Below are positions 45,416-54,729 of a stretch of 64,000 nt of DNA, one piece after another. Each line of letters opens with the position of its first letter. The stretch's first letter is position 1. The translations under genes were made by a program, and so were the position numbers. Source of the DNA: Candidatus Woesearchaeota archaeon (GTDB lineage: Archaea; Nanobdellota; Nanobdellia; SCGC-AAA011-G17; CAYFGV01); NCBI GenBank assembly GCA_964452525.1, contig CAYVLZ010000005.1, positions 6,979-70,978 on the forward strand, given 5' to 3'. The notes below the pieces were generated by a model. The model had not been told where the DNA came from. It searched no databases and saw only the letters and a list, made by a program, of their open reading frames with translations.

Positions 45416-46183
45416 ATGAAACTTGAAAAATATCCGAAAGTCTTGGTTGGTTGTCCAACTTCCAGTCATAAAGAGTATTGTATTGAAGAATATTGGGAGA
45501 GGTTGAAGAATCTTACTTATCCTAATTATGACGTTTTACTGGTGGATAATTCTAAAGATGATGTTTATTTTGAAAAATTGAAAAAGATGAATATTCCTGT
45601 TATTAAATCTAAATATTTTGATTTTGCTAAGGATAGAATTATCTTTTCTAGGAACATCATTAGACAAAAGGTGATTGATGGAGATTATGATTACTTTTTA
45701 AGCCTGGAGCAGGACGTTATTCCTCCTAGAGGATTAATTGAGCGTTTATTATGGAGAAATAAAGATGTTGTTTCTGGATTAGTTTTTCATTTGGTTCCTA
45801 AAGTTGATAAAAATGGAAAAAAATATTTATTACAGATTCCCATGTTGGGAAGAAATGTGGATAATACAGATAAGATTTCTATGTTTCGTACAGAACAGGT
45901 TTTATCTTCTGGTTCTTTGGTGGAGATTGATTATGCTAGTATGGGTTGTTTATTGATTAAAAATAATATTCTCGATAAGATAAAATTTAGATATGAAGAA
46001 TATGGGAGCGATGATGTAGATAATGTGATATGGGATGATTTTTGTTTTTGCAGGGATGCTAGGAAACTAGGATATTCTTTATTCGCTGATCTGGGTGTGA
46101 GATGTAAGCATCAGGTTTTACAAGGGCATACCGTTTCTATTGGTGATGCTTTACATATTAAAAATTTAAAAAGAATTAATTAA
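45416..46183 (+). CDS. Glycosyltransferase family 2-like protein (soluble)
   Basis: VLVGCPTSSHKEYCIEEY...VLLVDNSKDD...LSLEQDVIPP, a GT-A fold with a DxD-equivalent. Confidence 0.5.
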   Translation: MKLEKYPKVLVGCPTSSHKEYCIEEYWERLKNLTYPNYDVLLVDNSKDDVYFEKLKKMNIPVIKSKYFDFAKDRIIFSRNIIRQKVIDGDYDYFLSLEQDVIPPRGLIERLLWRNKDVVSGLVFHLVPKVDKNGKKYLLQIPMLGRNVDNTDKISMFRTEQVLSSGSLVEIDYASMGCLLIKNNILDKIKFRYEEYGSDDVDNVIWDDFCFCRDARKLGYSLFADLGVRCKHQVLQGHTVSIGDALHIKNLKRIN

Positions 46184-46195
46184 AGAAAAAAGAAA

Positions 46196-47845
46196 TTATT
46201 TTTTCTTTTTGCTCATGAAGTAGTAGGCTACTCCAATTACTACTACAGCTATTATTAATATCCATAGCCATATCAAGCTTGTTCCTTCTTCTATTATTTC
46301 GCCTTCTCCTTCACCTTCTTGTCCTGTTGCCATTCCTGTAAATGTTATGTCTGCTTCTCCGTTAGATACGCTGTTTAGAGTTATGCTTAGGTCTTCTGTA
46401 CCGTCCTCATTTACATCTAATTCTCTTGTTTCTCCAGTATTGATTGTTATTTCTTGTGGATTTGGTGATGCTACTGTTAGAGTTACATAACTTTCTCCTA
46501 TTGTCTCAATTTTGAAAGCATGTGTTTCTCCTGCTAATACAAATCTACCACCATCTCCTTGCATTACTTTTTGTGATTTTCCTGTTGTACTTATGGTTCC
46601 TAGATCATGTGTTTCTCCTGTTACTTCATTAAGCAGGTCTTCTACATCTTCCGAGATATCTTCTCCTTCACCTTCACCACCGCTTCCTCCTCCGGTGGTT
46701 TCTGAAGCTGATACATCAAAGTTGTATGTTGAACTATCTGTTGAGTATCCTACTTCGTCTGTTACAGTACATTTTACATCATATTCTCCAATATCATCTA
46801 TTGTTGTTCCGTTGAAGTTTACGGAGCTTGATCCGTTGAAAGTTGTTGTATCGTCTGATGGGTATGTTAGTGTCCATGTGTAGTCTATGCTTGACATATC
46901 ATCGCTACCTTGACAACTATAAGTTATTCCTGATGATGATAATGCGTCTACGGTTGTGTCTGATGGTGCTGTAACTGTTGGTGTTGATGGTGCTGTAGCA
47001 TCTATTGTGAAGTTAAATCCTTGATCGTTTACACCATCTACTATCGAAATATTTCTAGCACTTGTATCATTTACTACTACTAAGAAACTGAAGTTTGTAC
47101 CGTGATCGAACTGTGATGGTGCGAAGGTTGCATTGAATTGTTTTATTGCTCCTGTTGCTGTAGATAGATTAGTTAGATTTACATAGTCATGATGTATACT
47201 ACTGAAGTTTGCAGTTTCTGTTACGTTCCAATATAATTTCGGGGTCACACCAAAAGCAACAGTTTCATTTATGACTACTGTTACGGTAATAGTAGCATTC
47301 TTTAGATATCTTGTACCTTTTAAGTCAGAATCGTTCCAATGTGTACTAACTCCATCACTTACATTTATTTCTATTACTGTGGGCGGACTATTGTCGATGA
47401 TGATGTCATCTAATGTTGTACTGTTTACTGCTACTCTTTGTGCGCTGTAGTTTGTTGCATATACCGTGACATTAATGGTATAATTACCATCTGGGATTAA
47501 TTTTGTGCTGTTCGTATTAAGCATAGAGACAACCCCTTCAGCTCCATCATTGGGTGTAGCAGATTCATTTATCAGTTCTATTCCAGAATCTGTCCATGCT
47601 CCTGCTGTACCATTATCTCTATAGAAGATTGTTGCATTGTAAACAAGATTTGCAGCTCCTGATGCATAAATTTCGGTAAAGTTTCCCGTTACAGATGTAT
47701 TGAAAACATAGGTACCGTTAATAGTACTTGGAGAAGATGGATCTACCCAATTTACTGTTTTAATCTCCGATGCCATAACAAATATTGCTAGAAGCAATAA
47801 GCATATCGTTGGTATTATTAAAGATATATTTGACTTTTTAATCAT
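46196..47845 (-). CDS. Heavily N-glycosylation-sequon-rich surface protein with N-terminal signal/anchor and C-terminal TM
   Basis: More than 25 N-x-S/T sequons (NGTY, NTSV, NFTE, NYTI, NVTV, NYSA, NSTT, NVSD, NATI, NETV, NVTE, NFSS, NLTN, NLST, NFSF, NDTS, NFTI and others). GGGSGGEGEGED linker. C-terminal LIWLWILIIAVVVIGVAYYF plus KKKK. Confidence 0.55.
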   Translation of the reverse strand: MIKKSNISLIIPTICLLLLAIFVMASEIKTVNWVDPSSPSTINGTYVFNTSVTGNFTEIYASGAANLVYNATIFYRDNGTAGAWTDSGIELINESATPNDGAEGVVSMLNTNSTKLIPDGNYTINVTVYATNYSAQRVAVNSTTLDDIIIDNSPPTVIEINVSDGVSTHWNDSDLKGTRYLKNATITVTVVINETVAFGVTPKLYWNVTETANFSSIHHDYVNLTNLSTATGAIKQFNATFAPSQFDHGTNFSFLVVVNDTSARNISIVDGVNDQGFNFTIDATAPSTPTVTAPSDTTVDALSSSGITYSCQGSDDMSSIDYTWTLTYPSDDTTTFNGSSSVNFNGTTIDDIGEYDVKCTVTDEVGYSTDSSTYNFDVSASETTGGGSGGEGEGEDISEDVEDLLNEVTGETHDLGTISTTGKSQKVMQGDGGRFVLAGETHAFKIETIGESYVTLTVASPNPQEITINTGETRELDVNEDGTEDLSITLNSVSNGEADITFTGMATGQEGEGEGEIIEEGTSLIWLWILIIAVVVIGVAYYFMSKKKK

Positions 47846-47981
47846 GTAGTCTCACCCCTTTATTTTTATAATGAACATAATCTAAACATTAACTACCTAA
47901 TATATAAACCTTTCGAAATTAAAATTTATTGTCTGTAGCTGTTCTCTTCTAAAGATTCTTAAAATCAGTATTTTTAATTGT

Positions 47982-49448
47982 TTGTCAGTGAAATTAAACA
48001 AAAGGCTTAAATATATGTTAAACCTTGATTCTTGTTGTGACCATATGATGAGACAATTTAAGCTACCTCTTTTTATTACTGTACTATTTTTATTATTAGT
48101 TTCTTTTAGCTTTTTAGCTTATGCCAGGGATATAGAGGTTAGTATAGAACCTATAAAAGATACAATTTTTGGAGATCAAACTGCTATTTTTAATGTTACT
48201 ATTCAGAATAACCAGTTAAGAAGTGATAATATAAGGATAAGTAGTTTAGATATTGAATGGGATGTAAATCCTAGCAGTATTAAGATTGATTCTAATTCGG
48301 AGAAGACAATAGAGATTAGATTAATGCCTGTTGGAGAAAGAGAACCTGGAATCAATAGGGCCAATATTGTTTTCTCTTCTTTGACAGACCAGAATATTTT
48401 AACAGAACATTTGTTTAAAATAAAGGTTATTGATCCTAATGAGTTATTATTAATAGATTTTGAGTTGCCTAGTACTATAGATCCTAATGAAGAAAATCTT
48501 ATTCGAGTTATCTTGAGTAATAAGAATGATATTACTTTAGATAACATTACCTTGGAGTTAAAGACAAGTTTCTTTGAAGAAAGCAGGATTTTAAGTTTTG
48601 AGCCTTTTGAAGAAAAAACAGAATTTTTTGTTATTGGATCTGAGCAAGGAATTAGTGAGGGTATGCACGATCTAACTGCAAACATATATTATAATGGTGA
48701 ATTGTATGTTAAAGAAGTAACAGAGCTTGCAGTTGGTTATGGTTATGGTATAGTTGAGGTTGTAAGTCCTGAGTCTGGTTTTTTGGTTACTAAACTGGAA
48801 GTAACTAAGGCGAATAATGGAAATATAACGACTTATGATTTATATAGGAAAGAATTTAGTTCCTTTGAAAAGTTCTTTACTTCTTCTGAACCCGAGCCTG
48901 ATACGGTAAGCAAAGAAGATGGTTATTATGTGATGGAGTGGGAGTTCAATTTATCTCCAGGAGAAGTTAAAACTGTTGTAATAGAAACAAATTATACATG
49001 GTTCTTAATTGGATTGATAGCTTTAGTTTTAGCAATAGTTCTTGTTTATTTATACACCCAAAAGGATATTGTTATAACCAAGAAAATTGGGAGAATAAGT
49101 AGAAATAAGGAGGGAATTTCTACTTTTAGAGTTATGCTGAATATTAAAAATAAGAGAATGAGAGTTTTAAGGAATGTCAAGGTTATGGATAGATTACATG
49201 GCGTTCATGAAATTCCTAAGGACTTTGGTACAATTAAACCTAATAAGGTTATTAAGAAAAATGGAAGTGCAGAATTGATTTGGTATATTCCTCACCTTGG
49301 AAGGGGGGAGGAGATTGTTATTTCTTATAAGCTTACGTCTAAGATAGATACTATTGGTAAATTACATGTGCCTGTGGCTCATGCTAGATATAGTAGAGGA
49401 AAAAGGAGCGTTATTGTAACTTCTAATAAAGTTAAGTTGTTTTCTTAA
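47982..49448 (+). CDS. Surface protein with CARDB-like domains, TM segment and cytoplasmic C-terminal domain
   Basis: Probable start at MMRQFKLPLFITVLFLLLVSFSFLAYA; AIFNVTIQNNQLRSDNIRISS (CARDB-like); TM WFLIGLIALVLAIVLVYLY. Confidence 0.5.
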   Translation: MSVKLNKRLKYMLNLDSCCDHMMRQFKLPLFITVLFLLLVSFSFLAYARDIEVSIEPIKDTIFGDQTAIFNVTIQNNQLRSDNIRISSLDIEWDVNPSSIKIDSNSEKTIEIRLMPVGEREPGINRANIVFSSLTDQNILTEHLFKIKVIDPNELLLIDFELPSTIDPNEENLIRVILSNKNDITLDNITLELKTSFFEESRILSFEPFEEKTEFFVIGSEQGISEGMHDLTANIYYNGELYVKEVTELAVGYGYGIVEVVSPESGFLVTKLEVTKANNGNITTYDLYRKEFSSFEKFFTSSEPEPDTVSKEDGYYVMEWEFNLSPGEVKTVVIETNYTWFLIGLIALVLAIVLVYLYTQKDIVITKKIGRISRNKEGISTFRVMLNIKNKRMRVLRNVKVMDRLHGVHEIPKDFGTIKPNKVIKKNGSAELIWYIPHLGRGEEIVISYKLTSKIDTIGKLHVPVAHARYSRGKRSVIVTSNKVKLFS

Positions 49449-50942
49449 TCACTTTATTTTTATTGTTTCTTTAACAAAACTTTTTGCATAATTTAAGTTG
49501 GTTTTGTTGTCAGAATATATCGTAAATAGTTTGTGCCCTTTATTTACCTTATCTTTTGTTTTTACGTATAGATATATTCCGGCTTCTTTGTCCTGAGGAG
49601 ATCCGGCAATTCTTGCAATCTTATTTATTTTTTTTATATCTATTGAACTAATGATTCCGGTTTTGCTCGCTTTGACTGTATGGGAAAATTTTCCTATTCT
49701 TAATTGTGAGGGTAGGATGTTGGGGTTTCCTTCTTGTGCTTTAATTATTTCCTTCATCCTTTTGTAGGCAAGACCTGAATCTAAAATACTTTTAACAAGA
49801 GTTTCTGATTTTTTTATCCCAACCATTTTTAAGATTATGCTAGCCATCTTGATGGATTTTCTTTCTAAGTCTTTTGGCGCTTTTTCATCTCTTTTTAATA
49901 TGTAAAGTACGTCTCTGGCTTCTAGGTTCGGACCTATTCCGTTTCCTATTGGTTGTGAACCATCTGTTAGTATTACTTTTATCTTTATACCTAATCTTCT
50001 CCCTATTCTTTTGAATTTTAATTTTAGTCTCTTGCCTTCTCTTATTGATTTTATTTTAGAATCTTTTCCGATTGGTAAATCTATTAGTACATGGGTTGCA
50101 TTAACTGCAGCTTTTTTTGCAAGTATACTGCTAATTAACATTGCTTCTGGGTCTAAGCTTAGAGAATGTCTTACTTTTATGAGTTTGTCATCTGCGCTTG
50201 CTAATTCTATTGCACCTCCCCATGCTATAAAGGCGTTTGTTTTTTTGATTATTTTTTTTAATTTTTTAATCGGCAAGTTTACTTTTGCTAAACTTTCCAT
50301 GGTGTCTGCGGTCCCGCTCGCAGAAGTTATGCTTCTTGAACTTGTTTTGGGAATGGTTAGATTGGCTGCAGCTAGAATTGGTACTACTATCATAGTTGTT
50401 CTATTTCCTGGAATTCCTCCAGAACAATGTTTGTCTACTATTATCTTTCTATTAATCTTTATTTGAGAGCCATTTTTAACTATGGCTTTTGTTAGGTAGG
50501 TAATTTCTCTTTCATCTAGCCCATGATTATAACAAGCAGAAACAAAATATGCTAGTTCTATTTCTGTTAGTTCGTTTGCTACTAGATCTTTCACTATAAT
50601 ATTGATCTCTTTTTCATTTAATTTTTTACCTTCAAGTTTTTTCTTTATCAATTCTATAGATTCTGGTATTGTTACTGGGAAGATTTTTACTTTTTGTTTA
50701 TCTTTAACTTTTAAAATATCTAGAACTTCTTCAAACAATCCTATTTTTCCTTTTTTAATGCCCTTGTCACTCTCTGATATATCTACTGCTGCTATTATTT
50801 GTTTTTTTCCTTTTTTTATCTTTATTCTATCCAATGCTTGGAGATCTAGTTTTTCTGCATCTTTATAGTTGAGTATTACTATTAACGGACCTCCAGAAGA
50901 GATATCTACGTCTTTAACTTTTAATAACATTTTTTTCCTCAT
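49449..50942 (-). CDS. deoA: AMP phosphorylase (thymidine-phosphorylase family, archaeal DeoA type)
   Basis: N-terminal extension characteristic of AMPpase, then the nucleoside-phosphorylase-II core HCSGGIPGNRTTMIVVPILAAANLTIPKTSSRSITSASGTADTMESLA; 497 aa. Confidence 0.8.
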   Translation of the reverse strand: MRKKMLLKVKDVDISSGGPLIVILNYKDAEKLDLQALDRIKIKKGKKQIIAAVDISESDKGIKKGKIGLFEEVLDILKVKDKQKVKIFPVTIPESIELIKKKLEGKKLNEKEINIIVKDLVANELTEIELAYFVSACYNHGLDEREITYLTKAIVKNGSQIKINRKIIVDKHCSGGIPGNRTTMIVVPILAAANLTIPKTSSRSITSASGTADTMESLAKVNLPIKKLKKIIKKTNAFIAWGGAIELASADDKLIKVRHSLSLDPEAMLISSILAKKAAVNATHVLIDLPIGKDSKIKSIREGKRLKLKFKRIGRRLGIKIKVILTDGSQPIGNGIGPNLEARDVLYILKRDEKAPKDLERKSIKMASIILKMVGIKKSETLVKSILDSGLAYKRMKEIIKAQEGNPNILPSQLRIGKFSHTVKASKTGIISSIDIKKINKIARIAGSPQDKEAGIYLYVKTKDKVNKGHKLFTIYSDNKTNLNYAKSFVKETIKIK

Positions 50943-51921
50943 AGAATTTGAAGAAAGTGATAGTCAATGCTAATATTAAAGGACCGATTATAACACCCAC
51001 TAAGCCGAACATTTTTATCCCTCCTACTAATCCTAGTAAGACAATTATTGGATGTATCTTGATCTTTGAGCTTATTAATCGAGGTTTTATTACATTATCC
51101 ACAGAGCTGATTATTATTGTACCATAGATTAGGAGCAGGATACCATTTATTACGTTTCCAGTGAATAATAAATATATTCCTGCTGGAACCCAGATCAAAA
51201 ATGGACCCACGATGGGAAGTATGGACATTGTGGCCATTACCACACCCCAGAACAAAGCGTTTGAAATACCAAATATTTTGAAACCTATTGCTCCCGCTAT
51301 TCCCTGTGCTATTCCAGCTACGATTAGACCAAATATAACAGACTTTGTAACTACGGCAAATTCTTTTATGACCTCTTCTTTATGTTTATTGTCTACAGGT
51401 AAAACTCTCTTTAATGTTTCTAGTAGATTTTCTTTGTCCTTAAGAACGTAGAAGAATGTAAACAGTATTACGAAGAGGGAGAATAACTTTCTTGGTATTG
51501 ATAATAAGAATTCTGGTATGGTTCCTGTTATTATATTAGTGATCTCTGATCTTGCTTCAGAAATATAGGTGCTGACGTCTATCCTGCTTCCTATTACCGA
51601 ACTTATTGCGTTAGATATCTCAGCTTCATCAATAGATCTTATTGAAGAATAAATGTTGAAGACCTCTTTTAATAATATGTTTGCTGCGAATATTGCTGGA
51701 ATTAATATTAAGATTATTAGAATAATTAACATTACGTAAGATGTTATTTTTTTATTTTTTATTTTTTTGTTCAGTTTTTTGAATAGTGGATAGAAGACGA
51801 AAGCTAATACTATTGCGGTTAGTACTGCATTTATGAAAGGGAGAATTATTTTAAATGATAAAATTATGAGTAATACTAACAATGCTAGAAAGAAATATTT
51901 TCTATGATTTCTGTTTTTCAT
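50914..51921 (-). CDS. AI-2E (PerM/UPF0118) family transporter
   Basis: 8 TM helices; C-terminal conserved pattern ...GPFLIWVPAGIYLLFTGNVINGILLLIYGTIIISSVDNVIKPRLIS typical of the family. Confidence 0.55.
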   Translation of the reverse strand: MKNRNHRKYFFLALLVLLIILSFKIILPFINAVLTAIVLAFVFYPLFKKLNKKIKNKKITSYVMLIILIILILIPAIFAANILLKEVFNIYSSIRSIDEAEISNAISSVIGSRIDVSTYISEARSEITNIITGTIPEFLLSIPRKLFSLFVILFTFFYVLKDKENLLETLKRVLPVDNKHKEEVIKEFAVVTKSVIFGLIVAGIAQGIAGAIGFKIFGISNALFWGVVMATMSILPIVGPFLIWVPAGIYLLFTGNVINGILLLIYGTIIISSVDNVIKPRLISSKIKIHPIIVLLGLVGGIKMFGLVGVIIGPLILALTITFFKFYEEKNVIKS

Positions 51922-51997
51922 ACTACCTTTTTGGATTATGGTTATAAAAGCTTTTTGTTTACGCTGGTGTAGAAATGTTTATAAAAAACTTTGACTT

Positions 51998-52342
51998 GTG
52001 TTTACTATGGTTCCTACTATAGTTGGTTTTGTCGAGAAAGTTAGAATAGCAGATAAGCAAATAATGGCTAGAGTAGATACTGGAGCTACAATTAGTTCGA
52101 TAAACAAGACTTTGGTGGATAGCCTTGGTCTAGGGCCTGTTGTTAGAACTACTAAGGTTGCTAGTGCTCAAGGAAAGCAGGTTAGGCCGATTGTCATAGT
52201 TGATTTAGAAATTGCAGGGAAGAATCTTAAAGCAGAGTTTAGTGTAGCTAATAGGGACCACATGGAATATCAGATATTGATAGGAAGGAACATCCTGAAG
52301 CATGGTTTTTTGATTGATCCTAGGAAGGAATTTAAAAAATGA
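51998..52342 (+). CDS. Retropepsin-like aspartic protease (RimK-associated type)
   Basis: ARVDTGATISSIN contains the D-T/S-G-A catalytic motif; 114 aa; ATGA overlap with the downstream ATP-grasp gene. Confidence 0.65.
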   Translation: MFTMVPTIVGFVEKVRIADKQIMARVDTGATISSINKTLVDSLGLGPVVRTTKVASAQGKQVRPIVIVDLEIAGKNLKAEFSVANRDHMEYQILIGRNILKHGFLIDPRKEFKK

Positions 52343-53412
52343 AAGTGGCGCTGATTGGTTTGGGAGGAGATACTACTAAGTCAATAATCAGAGAATGTAT
52401 CGGATACTTCAAGAAGGCAGATTTTTTAGATATAAGGAAATTAAAGTTACATATAAGTTCTGATAGCGTTGAGGTATTTTATGATGATAATAATCTTGAG
52501 GATTATGATTGCGTTTATTGTAGAGGAAGTCATAAATATGCCTTGTTGTTGACGGGGATTACGGAGGCTTTAAATAGCAAATGTTATATGCCTGTCTCTA
52601 GTAACGCTTTTTTAGCTTGCCATAATAAATTTTTAACTTCTATGGAACTTCAAAAGGCCAATATTCTTATGCCTAGGACTTTCTTGGCATCTAATAGTAA
52701 TGCTGCTAAGAAGATTTTAGAAGAGATCCACTACCCTGTTATTATTAAAATACCTAGTGGAACTCATGGAAAAGGTGTAATGTTTGCTGATAGTAGGAGT
52801 AGTGCTAAGAGCGTCATAGACACCTTAGAAGTTTTTAATCAATCCTATATCATACAGGAATATGTTGAAACTGATGCTACAGATATAAGGGCGGTAGTTC
52901 TTGGAGATAGGGTTATTTCTGCTATGAAAAGAAAAGCTGCTAAAGATGAATTAAGAGCTAATCTCCACATGGGAGGAATGGGAATTGCTACCAATGTTAG
53001 TGAGGAAGTAGAGAGATTGGCTGTAAGGTCTGCAAAGGCCTTAGGTCTTGATATTTGCGCTGTTGATCTACTAGAGGGAGCTAAAACAAGCGTTTTAGAA
53101 GTTAATGTTAGTCCAGGTCTTAGGGGGATAAGTGAAGTTACTAAAAGAAATATAGCTAGAGATGTTGCTAAATTTTTATATGATAAAACTTGTAATTTTA
53201 AAAACATTAAAAAGAAAGAAGGATATGATGACATAATTAATGGTTTAGATAAGAAGATTAACAATCAGTTTCTGTCTAACCTAGATATAAAATTAGGTAG
53301 GATAAGATTGCCGGGAGCAGCCACTAAGTTAAGTGGTTTAACTGAGCATGACGAAGTTATGATTAAGGCTGATAGAGGAAAGATAATTATAACTAAGTCA
53401 GATGTTAAATGA
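52339..53412 (+). CDS. RimK-family ATP-grasp ligase (alpha-L-glutamate ligase-like) with about 90-aa C-terminal extension
   Basis: ATP-grasp core YPVIIKIPSGTHGKGVMFA...IIQEYVE...DIRAVVLGDRVISAMKRKA...LHMGG...AVDLLEG...VLEVNVSPGL. Confidence 0.7.
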   Translation: MKVALIGLGGDTTKSIIRECIGYFKKADFLDIRKLKLHISSDSVEVFYDDNNLEDYDCVYCRGSHKYALLLTGITEALNSKCYMPVSSNAFLACHNKFLTSMELQKANILMPRTFLASNSNAAKKILEEIHYPVIIKIPSGTHGKGVMFADSRSSAKSVIDTLEVFNQSYIIQEYVETDATDIRAVVLGDRVISAMKRKAAKDELRANLHMGGMGIATNVSEEVERLAVRSAKALGLDICAVDLLEGAKTSVLEVNVSPGLRGISEVTKRNIARDVAKFLYDKTCNFKNIKKKEGYDDIINGLDKKINNQFLSNLDIKLGRIRLPGAATKLSGLTEHDEVMIKADRGKIIITKSDVK

Positions 53413-53448
53413 AAAGATTTTTAAATCATTAACTTTCTGCTCTTTAAG

Positions 53449-54138
53449 ATGAAAGTTGCAATTTTGTTTAGCGGAGGAAAAGATTCTGTTAATGCTGTAG
53501 CTTTAGCTAAAGAAAAAGGATGGGATATTGATTATTTGCTTAGTGTTAAGCCTTCTAGAACAGATTGTTATTTGTTTCATTACGCTACTGTTGAATATAC
53601 TAAAGAGTTAGCTGAAATATTTGGTTTAAAGCATATATTAACTGGATGTGATGTAGCTGATCCTGAGAAGGAAGCAGAAATTATTAAAAATATTGTCAAA
53701 GATAATCCAGTTGATGCTGTTGTACTTGGAGGTGTTGGACTTCAGGAAACTCAGATCAATAGCATTAGAAAAGCTTTGAGTTCTTTAGGAGTAGAAGTTT
53801 TTGCTAGTCATGCTGAAGAAGATTCTTTAAAGTTGATGAATGAGATGATAAAGAATGGTTATGAGATTGTGATTACCGAGATAGCTTCTGATGGATTAAC
53901 TGAAGAACATATAGGTTTAAAGTTAGATGCTGAGAACTTCCCAAAATTTGTTGAATTGTCTAGAAAATATGGCTTTGAGGTTTTGGGAGAAGGTGGATAC
54001 TATAACACCTTGGTTGTAGATGGTCCTATTTTTGATAAAAGATTAGAAATTATTGACTCTGAGAAAGTTATGGAATCTGAAAATGTTGGATATCTAAAAG
54101 TGAATCAAGTTAAGATGTCTAAAAAAGTCATTCAATAG
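53449..54138 (+). CDS. Diphthine-ammonia ligase-like PP-loop ATPase (Dph6/MJ0570 family)
   Basis: VAILFSGGKDS PP-loop; about 229 aa alpha/beta ATP-pyrophosphatase domain. Confidence 0.6.
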   Translation: MKVAILFSGGKDSVNAVALAKEKGWDIDYLLSVKPSRTDCYLFHYATVEYTKELAEIFGLKHILTGCDVADPEKEAEIIKNIVKDNPVDAVVLGGVGLQETQINSIRKALSSLGVEVFASHAEEDSLKLMNEMIKNGYEIVITEIASDGLTEEHIGLKLDAENFPKFVELSRKYGFEVLGEGGYYNTLVVDGPIFDKRLEIIDSEKVMESENVGYLKVNQVKMSKKVIQ

Positions 54139-54685
54139 GGTCCACTTCATATAATTCTTGTCCATACTCTACGGGTTCTCCATTTTCAACTTCTACTTTT
54201 TTAATTTTTGCCTTATTGACTTTTTCTGATACTCTGTAATCTTCTGGTTCTATTTCTTCGTAGAAACAAGTTCCCAGGTTTACGTTTCTTCTTTCCTCCG
54301 GTTTTACTAATTTTACTTCGTTTGGTATTTTGAGAGCTTCTATTATTCCTATTGTGTCTCCAATCGATACTTCTTCTCCTTCTTCTATAGATATTCCAAG
54401 TATTTTATCAAATCTATAAAAGGTTCCTACTGAGGGGGATAAAATAAAATATCTATTTACTTTTCCTTCTAGATTTTCTTCATCACTCTTTATTGTTAAT
54501 TTTTCATTTTTTTTGTCTTTAACCATTGTTATTTTTAAGTTTATTTTGGATAGTGCCGGGATTATTTTTCCTTTATAATCTAGATACACCTCATGACCTT
54601 TTTCTTTTTGTTCTTCTAATAATTCTAGTAATTTGTTTAAATAATGCTTTCCAGATAGATATTCTTTTATAAGTTCAAAGCCCAT
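54128..54685 (-). CDS. Protein with C-terminal biotinyl/lipoyl-like hybrid-barrel domain
   Basis: SPSVGTFYRF...EEGEEVSIGDTIGIIEALKIPNEVK resembles biotin/lipoyl attachment domains (GD..IEAMK) but lacks the AMKM biotinylation motif. Confidence 0.45.
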   Translation of the reverse strand: MGFELIKEYLSGKHYLNKLLELLEEQKEKGHEVYLDYKGKIIPALSKINLKITMVKDKKNEKLTIKSDEENLEGKVNRYFILSPSVGTFYRFDKILGISIEEGEEVSIGDTIGIIEALKIPNEVKLVKPEERRNVNLGTCFYEEIEPEDYRVSEKVNKAKIKKVEVENGEPVEYGQELYEVDPIE

Positions 54686-54729
54686 CTGCTTTGGTATCTT
54701 TTCAAACTATATAAATATTAAGAAAATTT

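Noticed and set aside
50011-50466. 151-aa plus-strand ORF
   Set aside because: Antisense to AMP phosphorylase, whose frame carries the diagnostic motifs.
52845-53264. 139-aa minus-strand ORF
   Set aside because: Antisense inside the RimK-like ATP-grasp gene.
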